Shown here: in pieces, positions 29,161 to 37,531 of the stretch
Numbering within the stretch: position 1 is the stretch's first letter
Layout: each line of letters begins with the position of its first letter
Assembly: GCA_964410285.1 (NCBI GenBank)
Contig: CAYPFR010000006.1
Coordinates: 18,401 to 82,400, forward strand
Source: an uncultured Caulobacterales bacterium
GTDB lineage: Bacteria; Pseudomonadota; Alphaproteobacteria; Caulobacterales; Maricaulaceae
Reading direction: 5' to 3'
Length of the DNA: 64,000 nucleotides
Position numbers and translations under genes: made by a program
The notes under the pieces: model-generated
Told to the model about the DNA's origin: nothing
Database searches by the model: none
What the model saw: the letters and a program-made list of their open reading frames with translations, nothing else

Positions 29161-31716
29161 CTAGAAGTTTTTGCGAGCTGTCACGCCGTACATTCTTGGC
29201 TCTTGCACAAAGGCTGAGCGAGACCCAGAACGCAATACGGTGTTAAAGGTCACCCCGCGGGTTACCTCATTAGTCAGATTGGTCGCCCAGGCTTCAAGGC
29301 CCCAGCCATGTTCTTCGCTACCGATACCAGCGCGAAGGTTGACCTTCAGCGTGCTTTCCTGAACGTCGAGCGGGTTAAGGCCCGTTGTGCCAATCGCGGC
29401 GGCCGTGGCCGGCACGAGCTGCCCTTGAGTTGACGTGCGGCGATCACCTTCATAGCGGACCTGGCCATTTAAGAAGAAGTTCAAATTCGCCGAGAAATTC
29501 CCATTATATGTCCCGCCCAATAGGCCGACCGTTCTGGGGGCATTTGTCAGATCAAATCCACATAGATTTTGTACCCGAACAGCATCTGCCGCAGAGGCAC
29601 AATCATCAGGATAAGACGCCTCCAGTAAAGTAAGGCCGCCGTTTAGCGTGAGATTATCCGTTGGCTGAACCACGGTTTCAATCTCCACCCCTCGGGACTC
29701 CGCGCTCGGTACATTGAAGGTCTGGAACTGCGCGCCTGTAAATTCAAGCACTTGGAAATTGGTGAAGTCCTCAAAGAAGGCCGCAACATTAAGCGTCATC
29801 AGCCCATCAAAGAGTTTGGATTTTACGCCAAGCTCATACGCATCCACTTCTTCGGACAAAAAGCGCGGGTCCGCGCCGCCGGAAGCTGCCGTCGAGTCAA
29901 GGTTAAAGCCGCCTGACTTATATCCATGCGTGAAGCTGGCATAGGCCGAAATGTCCGGCGTTACGTCATAGCCAATTTTACCTGTATAAATCAGCTCATC
30001 ATCCTCAAACGTGTCATTAAAGGAGAGCGGCAAGGGCAGACGAAGCGGGGAATTACCCGGCGCGCCAATGGCTTGCGGCAGATCAGCTGGCGCGACAAAG
30101 GCCAGACAGCCTAGGCCAAAGACATTCGTGATCAGCGGGCCGGGAACAGCCCCCGCACCGATCGAGCCAAGAATGGCAGGACACAGCGGATTCGTCACAT
30201 CCGACTGGCTAAAGCTACCATCTTTGCTCTCGTCTGAGTAACGAAGACCCACTGTAAGGCTGAGCGCGTCCGTCACGTCAAATGTATTATGGGTAAAGAT
30301 TGACCAGCTTTCGCTATTTTGCGTGTAATCATTGCGCGTTCTGACGACCCCTGGGTCAACGCCGCCCGATAATATCGTCAGCGGGTTGGCGCCAAACGCC
30401 CCGCGGGTTGGTCCAAAGAAGAGGGCTCCGACAAGCTCGCCGTAATCCTCACCCAAGCCAAAATTGATGTTTTGCGTAATGTCCTCGTCGGAATAATATC
30501 CGCCAACAAGCCATGACAGCCTATTGTCCATCGCATTTCCTTGAAGGCGAAGCTCCTGCGTCAAGGTTGAAATCTGGGTGTTGCTCCCCTCCAATACGTT
30601 GAAAATATCAAGACCGGAGAAGTCCGAATCATAGGCTTCGTCCGCATCATAATCACGGTAAGAGCCGATATAGATAAGGTCAGCGTTATCGGTTAAAGGA
30701 AACTCGATCTCGGCCGTTATACCGGTTTGCTCACTTGACGGATTAGGCCGGAAGCTGGCCGTCGCAATCCGGTTTTCAACAGCCTGCTCGGCCGTTGCAT
30801 TATCAAGGCCGTCAACTGCGACAACCGGCGCGGCCATGCCGCCCCTCGCGCCAAGTCCAACCGCGTTAAACAACCCAAGAGTTTCGAGCGGGGAGCGCAG
30901 AACTTCAACGGCTGCGCAGCAAACCGCGTCACTTTCTGAATGGTCAACAATGACCCGCCCGGTGATGCCGCTATCGGTTTCAAAGCCGATTTGGCCGCGT
31001 AGCATGAATTGGTTGATGTCATTGGAATCGCCAATATCGTTACCCGCGCCGTCAACAAGATCAATGATGCCGTCGCGGTCACGCAGCGCGCCTGTGATAC
31101 GGGCGGCAACTTTTCCCTCAGCGAGCGGAATATTGACCGCGCCTTGGATGCTTTTGTGGTTAAAGTTACCATAGGTCAGGTTTAAAAAGCCCCCCGCCTC
31201 ATCCAGATCGGGGCGCACATTGATCACGTTAAGTGCGCCAGCCGATGTATTCCGGCCAAAGAGCGTGCCCTGAGGACCGCGAAGCACTTCAACGCGCTCA
31301 ACGTCGACAAATTCACCAAGGGCCACACCCGGACGAGATTGATAGGCGCCGTCAATAAACACGCCCACAGCCGATTCAAAGCCGATGTTATTTGAAGTCG
31401 TCCCTACACCGCGAATCCGAAGAACCACTGTTCCCGATGCCGTTTGCGCTTGCGAGGTCGAAAAGCTTGGCGCAACGCTAGTGAGGTTTTGGATGTTAAC
31501 CACACCTTGCTTTTCAAGATCCTCCGGCAAGATCGCGGTCACCGCAATCGGAATATCCTGAATACTTTCGGCCCGCCGCGTCGCCGTCACGATGATCTCA
31601 TCATCAAATGACTGCGCCTGAGCGGATACGCCGGGAATGGCAACCGCACTAAAGGATGTGGCGGTGAGAAGAAGAGCGGCTTTTACGGACCGCGAAGTAA
31701 ACTTTGTAGGTGACAT
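29161..31716 (-). CDS. TonB-dependent receptor
   Basis: Signal peptide, plug-domain start DEIIVTATRRAESIQDIPIAVTAI, a long beta-barrel, and a terminal ...YGVTARKNF with C-terminal Phe. Confidence 0.9.
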   Translation of the reverse strand: MSPTKFTSRSVKAALLLTATSFSAVAIPGVSAQAQSFDDEIIVTATRRAESIQDIPIAVTAILPEDLEKQGVVNIQNLTSVAPSFSTSQAQTASGTVVLRIRGVGTTSNNIGFESAVGVFIDGAYQSRPGVALGEFVDVERVEVLRGPQGTLFGRNTSAGALNVINVRPDLDEAGGFLNLTYGNFNHKSIQGAVNIPLAEGKVAARITGALRDRDGIIDLVDGAGNDIGDSNDINQFMLRGQIGFETDSGITGRVIVDHSESDAVCCAAVEVLRSPLETLGLFNAVGLGARGGMAAPVVAVDGLDNATAEQAVENRIATASFRPNPSSEQTGITAEIEFPLTDNADLIYIGSYRDYDADEAYDSDFSGLDIFNVLEGSNTQISTLTQELRLQGNAMDNRLSWLVGGYYSDEDITQNINFGLGEDYGELVGALFFGPTRGAFGANPLTILSGGVDPGVVRTRNDYTQNSESWSIFTHNTFDVTDALSLTVGLRYSDESKDGSFSQSDVTNPLCPAILGSIGAGAVPGPLITNVFGLGCLAFVAPADLPQAIGAPGNSPLRLPLPLSFNDTFEDDELIYTGKIGYDVTPDISAYASFTHGYKSGGFNLDSTAASGGADPRFLSEEVDAYELGVKSKLFDGLMTLNVAAFFEDFTNFQVLEFTGAQFQTFNVPSAESRGVEIETVVQPTDNLTLNGGLTLLEASYPDDCASAADAVRVQNLCGFDLTNAPRTVGLLGGTYNGNFSANLNFFLNGQVRYEGDRRTSTQGQLVPATAAAIGTTGLNPLDVQESTLKVNLRAGIGSEEHGWGLEAWATNLTNEVTRGVTFNTVLRSGSRSAFVQEPRMYGVTARKNF

Positions 31717-31877
31717 TTTTTTCCCTTTAAAAAGTGCCGCTCTGTGTCGTCAGGCGTGCATGATTATAAGGCGAGTTTAATCAGATGCCGCCACCTTTAA
31801 TTGTCATCAAGACGACATTTGTCTTGAAAAAAATATTTTTTGCGTCAGTTTGGCATTTTGGCAACACAAGTATCGTT

Positions 31878-32558
31878 ATGACCCCCAATTTAAAAGCCAG
31901 CCTATCGCCCGAGACCCGAAGCTGGTTTGGCTGGCTATCCCCCGAGACGCAGGCCGCCCTCACCGCCGCCGCAAGCCGCCTTGAAATCAATACAGGCAAA
32001 CGTCTTTATGAGCACAAAACCGAACCAACAGGGCTGTATATTATTCGCGCGGGGCAGGTGCGTATTACCTTTCAATCCAGCTCCGGAAATCACCATTTGC
32101 TCAAAATTGCCTCGCCCGGAGGGATAGTCGGCGACCTCGCCTGTTTTGATGGCTTGCCTTATCCTGTTTTCACGGAGGCTATGTGCCCTTGCAGCATTGA
32201 TTTCATCCCGCTGAAATCTTTTAGAGAGCTTCGCAGGAGCCATGCCGATATTGACCGCGTTCTTTTGCAACATTTTGCCCGTATATCGCGCACACTCGTA
32301 ACAATGATGGAAGTCACTTTCCTCGGCAGTCTTAGCGCCCGCGTAGCTTCGCGGCTATTATTTCTCACCCATGAATATGGCACGCGCAGCCTAACGATCT
32401 CCCAGACCGATATAGGGCTCATGGCGGGAGTTTCGCGCCAAGCAACCAATAAAGCGCTGGGTGAGCTAACGAGCTTGGGGCTCATAGAGAAACGCTATAA
32501 CGTCATTGAAATTCTTGATTATGAGGGGCTGCTGGCGTTTAAAAACGAACAAAGCTAG
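31878..32558 (+). CDS. Crp/Fnr-family transcriptional regulator
   Basis: cNMP-binding-like region (LYIIRAGQVRI) and a C-terminal HTH (ISQTDIGLMAGVSRQATNKALGEL). ATG 31878 is preferred because the 31 residues from the track start at 31785 read like AT-rich promoter sequence. Confidence 0.8.
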   Translation: MTPNLKASLSPETRSWFGWLSPETQAALTAAASRLEINTGKRLYEHKTEPTGLYIIRAGQVRITFQSSSGNHHLLKIASPGGIVGDLACFDGLPYPVFTEAMCPCSIDFIPLKSFRELRRSHADIDRVLLQHFARISRTLVTMMEVTFLGSLSARVASRLLFLTHEYGTRSLTISQTDIGLMAGVSRQATNKALGELTSLGLIEKRYNVIEILDYEGLLAFKNEQS

Positions 32559-33484
32559 CCGCGCCGCGCCGCCTCGCCCCCAGTCTTGGCCCGTTGCGTT
32601 TCGGTTTGGATAATCTCCGCCAGAATTGAAATTGCCAGCCGGCCCGCTTCGCGCTGGGAAGGTACAAGGCCAATTGGCCCGCGCAGCCGCGAGAGAGCCT
32701 CTTTAGCTACGCGCCCGCGCAGCGCCTCTATGCGCGCGGCATGGGCGGCGCGGCTTCCCATTGCGCCAACATAAAAGGCAGGAGACGAAAGCGCAGCCTC
32801 TAGAATAGTAGGCTCATAAGTATGGTCATGAAAGAGCGTCACGACCGCCGTTTGATCATCCATCTGCCAATCTGGCGCTTGCCCAAATTCGAGCAGGCGC
32901 GCCGGCAGACCCTCCGCCCCAAGCGCCGCGACCTCTTCGGCTTCGGGCGAATGGGCCGTGCAAGCAATGCCAAGCCCGCGCGCCGCCCGCGCCAGCATTA
33001 TCAAATTCTCACCTCGCCCGGCGGCCTGTAGAACAAGGGGCGGGCGGTAGATTACAGCGCGTCCAAGCGCCAACACCTTGCCCAATGTCAAGCCGACTTC
33101 TCTGCGCGCGGATAGCGCCGTGTAAAGATGATGGATGAGGCCGGCTTCAGGGCGAGGATAAATCACAAGGCTCACCTGCCCGCCGCAGGGCAAGCGAATA
33201 TCCATATAGGGACTATCGGGGCCGTAGGTCACGCGGCGCATCTGGCCATCCTTAAGCGCGCTTAGTGCTTGGGCGGCAATATCGGCGTCAACGCAGCCAT
33301 TACTCACATAGCCCGCATAGTCCCCGCCCGCGCAAACGACCATAGGCGTGCCAATGGGCCTTAAGGACGCGCCTTTAACGGCCTCAATAACGATCAGAAC
33401 GACCTCTTCTCCGCGGGCTTGGCGCGAGCAGGCAAACTCAAATATATCAAGCGGATGATAGCGAGGCAGCGCAGCAGCGCGCAT
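32555..33484 (-). CDS. XdhC/CoxI-family accessory protein
   Basis: GASLRPIGTPMVVCAGGDYAGYVSNGCVDADI plus a C-terminal Rossmann-like half. ATG 33484 overlaps the glpD stop (TGATG). Confidence 0.75.
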   Translation of the reverse strand: MRAAALPRYHPLDIFEFACSRQARGEEVVLIVIEAVKGASLRPIGTPMVVCAGGDYAGYVSNGCVDADIAAQALSALKDGQMRRVTYGPDSPYMDIRLPCGGQVSLVIYPRPEAGLIHHLYTALSARREVGLTLGKVLALGRAVIYRPPLVLQAAGRGENLIMLARAARGLGIACTAHSPEAEEVAALGAEGLPARLLEFGQAPDWQMDDQTAVVTLFHDHTYEPTILEAALSSPAFYVGAMGSRAAHAARIEALRGRVAKEALSRLRGPIGLVPSQREAGRLAISILAEIIQTETQRAKTGGEAARRG

Positions 33485-34986
33485 CACGCCGCCAATGCCG
33501 AATTAAACCATTGCGTAAAGGCTTCGCGCTCGGCTTCGTTCATATGCAAGCCAAGCTTACTCCGCCGCCACATAATGTCGTCTGCATGTTTGGCCCATTC
33601 ATGGCCCGCCAGATAGCGTGCTTCGCTCTCATACAGGCCCGCGCCGAAATGCTGTCCAAGCTCGCCGCTGGACCCCAGGACAAGCGAAATTCGCGTGCCA
33701 TAGCCCCGCGAAAGACGCCAAAGAACGCGGCGGGGGACATCAGGATATCGGCTTTGGCATTGGGCAAAAAAGCGCTTAAAATCTGCCTTGGGAATATCTC
33801 CGCCGGGGAAACCCGCCGTGGCCGTCCAATCCCCGCCAAGGGGGGACGCGCGCGATGTCATGAAGAAAGGCGCGAGCTTTTGCAGCGCATGCTCTGCTAG
33901 CTTGCGCGAGGTCGTAATTTTGCCGCCGTAAATCGACAAAAAGGGTGCGCCCTGCGTGAACTCTTCAATATCAAGCACGTAATCGCGAGTTACGGCGGAG
34001 GCATCCTCGCTTTTATCATCATATAGCGGGCGAACGCCCGAATAACTCCACTGCACATCAGCTGGCGAAATATCGCTTAGAAAATATTCATTCGCCGCAT
34101 TGCAAAGATAATCTATTTCTTCGGGCGAAATCTTAACCGGCCCGGGTGCGTGATCAAAAGGCACATCGGTGGTCCCAATCAAGGTATAATCGCCCTCATA
34201 TGGAATTGCGAAAATGATCCGGTTATCAGCATTTTGGAAAATATAACTATGATCACCCTTAAATAGTTTTTTTGTCACAATATGGCTACCTTTAACGAGG
34301 CGCAGCCCCGCATCATTTCGGCCCTTTTTCAGCCGGCCAAGAATGTCATCCACCCAAGGCCCTGCCGAATTGACAATGGCTTTGGCTGTGACTGTTTTGG
34401 TGTTTCCGTTCTGCCGAATGACGGCGCTGTAACCTGTCTTGGTGGTTTCAAGATCAAGGACTTCGGTGCGCGTGGAAATCACCGCTCCGCGCGCCGCGGC
34501 GTCCACAGCATTTAGCACAACAAGACGCGCATCCTCCACCCAGCAATCGGAATACTCAAACCCCTTGGTCAAGCGCGGCTCCAAGACGCCTTTGTGCGGG
34601 GCTGTTTTCAGGCTAATAGTGCGCGTTCCGGGCAAAAGTTCTCGTCCCCCCAGACTGTCATAAAGAAACAAGCCCATGCGCAGCATCCATGCCGGACGCA
34701 GCCCCTTGTCATAAGGCAATACAAATCGCATCGGCCAGATGATATGCGGCGCGGCGCGCAGCAAGACCTCGCGCTCTATCAGGGCTTCGCGCACAAGCTT
34801 AAACTCAAAATGCTCCAAATAGCGCAGCCCGCCGTGGATAAGCTTCGTCGAGCTGCTGGAGGTATGATTGGCAAGATCATCGCGCTCACATAATAGCACA
34901 GATAACCCCCGCCCCGCGGCATCCCTAGCGATAGCGGTTCCGTTAATGCCGCCGCCAATTATCAAAATGTCATAGTCAGTTGTCAT
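33484..34986 (-). CDS. glpD: FAD-dependent glycerol-3-phosphate dehydrogenase
   Basis: MTTDYDILIIGGGINGTAIARDAAGRGLSVLLCE...KLIHGGLRYLE. The track start at 35004 is TTG; I used ATG 34986. Confidence 0.9.
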   Translation of the reverse strand: MTTDYDILIIGGGINGTAIARDAAGRGLSVLLCERDDLANHTSSSSTKLIHGGLRYLEHFEFKLVREALIEREVLLRAAPHIIWPMRFVLPYDKGLRPAWMLRMGLFLYDSLGGRELLPGTRTISLKTAPHKGVLEPRLTKGFEYSDCWVEDARLVVLNAVDAAARGAVISTRTEVLDLETTKTGYSAVIRQNGNTKTVTAKAIVNSAGPWVDDILGRLKKGRNDAGLRLVKGSHIVTKKLFKGDHSYIFQNADNRIIFAIPYEGDYTLIGTTDVPFDHAPGPVKISPEEIDYLCNAANEYFLSDISPADVQWSYSGVRPLYDDKSEDASAVTRDYVLDIEEFTQGAPFLSIYGGKITTSRKLAEHALQKLAPFFMTSRASPLGGDWTATAGFPGGDIPKADFKRFFAQCQSRYPDVPRRVLWRLSRGYGTRISLVLGSSGELGQHFGAGLYESEARYLAGHEWAKHADDIMWRRSKLGLHMNEAEREAFTQWFNSALAA

Positions 34987-35111
34987 AATAAAATGATAAG
35001 GCAATGCCGCGCGGGCGCAAGAGATAGATCATCACGATAATTTCGAAAGCACCCGCGTAAAGGCTCTTTGAGAATGCCCCCTTTGTAAATTCGAGATCCG
35101 TTTGCAGGAAC

Positions 35112-36071
35112 CTAGCTATCATAGGTCAGCGCCATAAAGACGTCCTCCAAATCAGGCTCTTCTGTGCGTAAATCCGCAATTGCGACCCCAGAGGCCTTCA
35201 CCCGCTCCAGTAAATCGGAAATAGAATCAGATTTTGAGCGGTAGCTAATCGACAACCGCCCGCTGACATCCACCAAGGCGTCCATTTGCGCCAGCGATTT
35301 TGGCACCGCGTCAAGCGGCACTTTGGGGGTAATAACCAATGTGCGTTTATCCAACCGCGCAAGCATATCGGCCTTGTTTTCATTGGCGGCGATTTCCCCT
35401 TGGTGAATAATCGCGATGCGATCACAAAGCTCCTGAGCCTCCTCAAGGTAATGGGTCGTCAGAATAATTGTTGTGCCGCGCCCGTGCAGCTCCCTGACGT
35501 AGCGCCAAAGCTGGCGGCGAAGCTCTATGTCCACGCCGGCGGTGGGTTCATCCAAAATCAGAACAGGCGGGCTATGCACGAGTGCCTTGCCAATCAAAAG
35601 CCGCCGCTTCATTCCGCCCGAGAGTTGGCGGACATAGGCGTCGCGCTTATCAGAAAGACCAAGCGCCTCAAGGATTTCATCGGTTTGGCGCTCGGCTTTT
35701 GGCACGCCGTAATATCCCGCTTGCAGCTCAAGTGCCTGATGGGGTGTGAAATAAACGTCCATGGCAATTTCTTGGGGCACCACGCCAATAGAGGCGCGGG
35801 CTTGGCGCATTTGCTGCTCTATATCAAAGCCGCAAATTTTCGCGCTCCCCGCGCTCTTATTTACAAGCCCTGCAAGTATATTGATCAGAGTGGATTTTCC
35901 GGCGCCATTGGGTCCCAAAAGTCCAAAGATCGATCCGCGCTCAATGACAAGATCCACTCCCTTTAACGCTTCTTTGGCGGGGGCTTTGCGGGTTTTCTTA
36001 TAGGTCTTTTTAAGCCCCTGTATTTCAATAGCCGGCGCGGGTGACGTGGCGGACATATCTGAAGCTGACAT
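35112..36071 (-). CDS. ABC transporter ATP-binding protein (ABC-2/DrrA-like with C-terminal extension)
   Basis: Walker A GPNGAGKST, signature LSGGMKRR and Walker B ILDEPT. No permease gene on either side. Confidence 0.9.
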   Translation of the reverse strand: MSASDMSATSPAPAIEIQGLKKTYKKTRKAPAKEALKGVDLVIERGSIFGLLGPNGAGKSTLINILAGLVNKSAGSAKICGFDIEQQMRQARASIGVVPQEIAMDVYFTPHQALELQAGYYGVPKAERQTDEILEALGLSDKRDAYVRQLSGGMKRRLLIGKALVHSPPVLILDEPTAGVDIELRRQLWRYVRELHGRGTTIILTTHYLEEAQELCDRIAIIHQGEIAANENKADMLARLDKRTLVITPKVPLDAVPKSLAQMDALVDVSGRLSISYRSKSDSISDLLERVKASGVAIADLRTEEPDLEDVFMALTYDS

Positions 36072-36167
36072 CGTAACCTCTTGCGTTGACCTGCGGGTCT
36101 GTCTGGCTTAGTTAGGGCGAACGTGCAGGTGAGTAAACGCTTAATATGCCCGCGCGTTCAATTGCCG

Positions 36168-36201
36168 CCCGCCTACTGCAACAACCCGCCTACTGCAACA
36201 A
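36168..36201. repeat. perfect tandem direct repeat, 2 x 17 bp (cccgcctactgcaacaa)
   Basis: Read directly. It ends 15 nt before the ATG of the zinc-finger gene. Confidence 0.9.
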
Positions 36202-36215
36202 AATGAGTTTCACAT

Positions 36216-36416
36216 ATGCCGAGCCAACAAAGCCCCTCAGATACGGCCGCCGTCCTAACGGCCAGCACGCGCATTGCCTGTGACGGCGGGGGCGGGGCAT
36301 TGGGACATCCCAAAACATGGCTGGATATGGGCCAAGACACACAAGTACAGTGCAAATATTGCGACAAGGTTTTTGTCCTTGATCCGGCCTCTACTGCGGC
36401 CGGAAGCGGGCACTAA
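36216..36416 (+). CDS. zinc-finger (zf-CHCC, NDUFS6-like) domain protein
   Basis: 66 aa containing IACDGGGGALGHPKTWLDM...QCKYCDKVF. Confidence 0.7.
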   Translation: MPSQQSPSDTAAVLTASTRIACDGGGGALGHPKTWLDMGQDTQVQCKYCDKVFVLDPASTAAGSGH

Positions 36417-36431
36417 AACCTGAAGGCAGGT

Positions 36432-37373
36432 CTAATTTTCCACGCGAAAGACGTAGCGTTTTCGCACGCCTGAGACCGGCACGGGACGGCCATTTGAGAT
36501 TTGCGGAAAATAGCGCGTGCGCATAGCCGCGCGCTCTGCGGCTTTGACAAAATCCTTCGCATAACGCTCAGCCTCTACGCTCACTAGTTCGGCCATACGG
36601 ACCTCGCCCTTATCATCGACGGATAAAGAGAGCTCTACCCGTGCGCCAATGCCGCGCCGGCGCGCTTTGCGCGGGTAGCGCGGGCGGACATTTTTGCGAA
36701 TGCGTACAGGCTCAACATTTGTTACGCGCGGCGCAGACGGCCGGACCACCGGGCGTGAAGGTGGCGGCGGCGGCGGAGCCGTAATGACTCGCCGCGGCCC
36801 GCCGGCCATAACGCGGTCCGGTACATTATCGGGGATCGCGCTTTTACCTGGCGCCAGTTCGCGGTTTGGCAAAGGTTCCGGGGCGGCTTCAAGCCCGCTT
36901 TTCATTTGCGAAAGCGCGCTGCCGCGCCCGCCCAGATAATCCGAGCCCCACACTTTTTCATACTGCAAGATCGCCGCGAGCTTATCCGCGCGGCTCGCAT
37001 TAGTGTTATACTCAATCACGTCACTAAGCGCCGCCCAAGCACGGCTCTCATAAGAGTCCAGAACAAAGCGCTGGGCGCGCACCGCCGGCAGAAACTCACT
37101 TTGCGAATAAGTGGTTTCAAAATCCCGTAGCCGCGCACGGCGCAGGCTTATCTTACGTTCGGATATCGCTGCGCGGTAACTTGCGCGCTCGGCCTTAACC
37201 GCACTATCCAAATTAGGCGAAGGGTCCCGCGCAGCAAAGATCATCAGCATGGCCGCCAAGAATAAAATCACGGCCGCCAGACCCCAAAAATTAAACACGC
37301 TGCTAAGCAGGCGTTTGCCCCCCTGCGCGGGGGCTGTTTCAGGCACATCTTGATCATCAACAGTTTGGTACAT
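36432..37373 (-). CDS. TonB-family protein
   Basis: N-terminal anchor, Pro-rich spacer APPPPPPSRPVVRPSAP, and a C-terminal TonB domain RPRYPRKARRRGIGARVELSLSVDDKGEV. No exbBD genes adjacent. Confidence 0.7.
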   Translation of the reverse strand: MYQTVDDQDVPETAPAQGGKRLLSSVFNFWGLAAVILFLAAMLMIFAARDPSPNLDSAVKAERASYRAAISERKISLRRARLRDFETTYSQSEFLPAVRAQRFVLDSYESRAWAALSDVIEYNTNASRADKLAAILQYEKVWGSDYLGGRGSALSQMKSGLEAAPEPLPNRELAPGKSAIPDNVPDRVMAGGPRRVITAPPPPPPSRPVVRPSAPRVTNVEPVRIRKNVRPRYPRKARRRGIGARVELSLSVDDKGEVRMAELVSVEAERYAKDFVKAAERAAMRTRYFPQISNGRPVPVSGVRKRYVFRVEN

Positions 37374-37531
37374 CGTCGTCTTCCAGCCTTTTCCCTATGT
37401 ATAACGACATTTATGATTAAAACAGACTGAATTTAAGGCGAAATTAGGGCCAACTCACAACTGGCTTCGCGCGAGGCCTTGAATGTGGGGATAGCCCCGC
37501 CCAAAGTAGGGCAAATCCGCTTCATCGGCCT

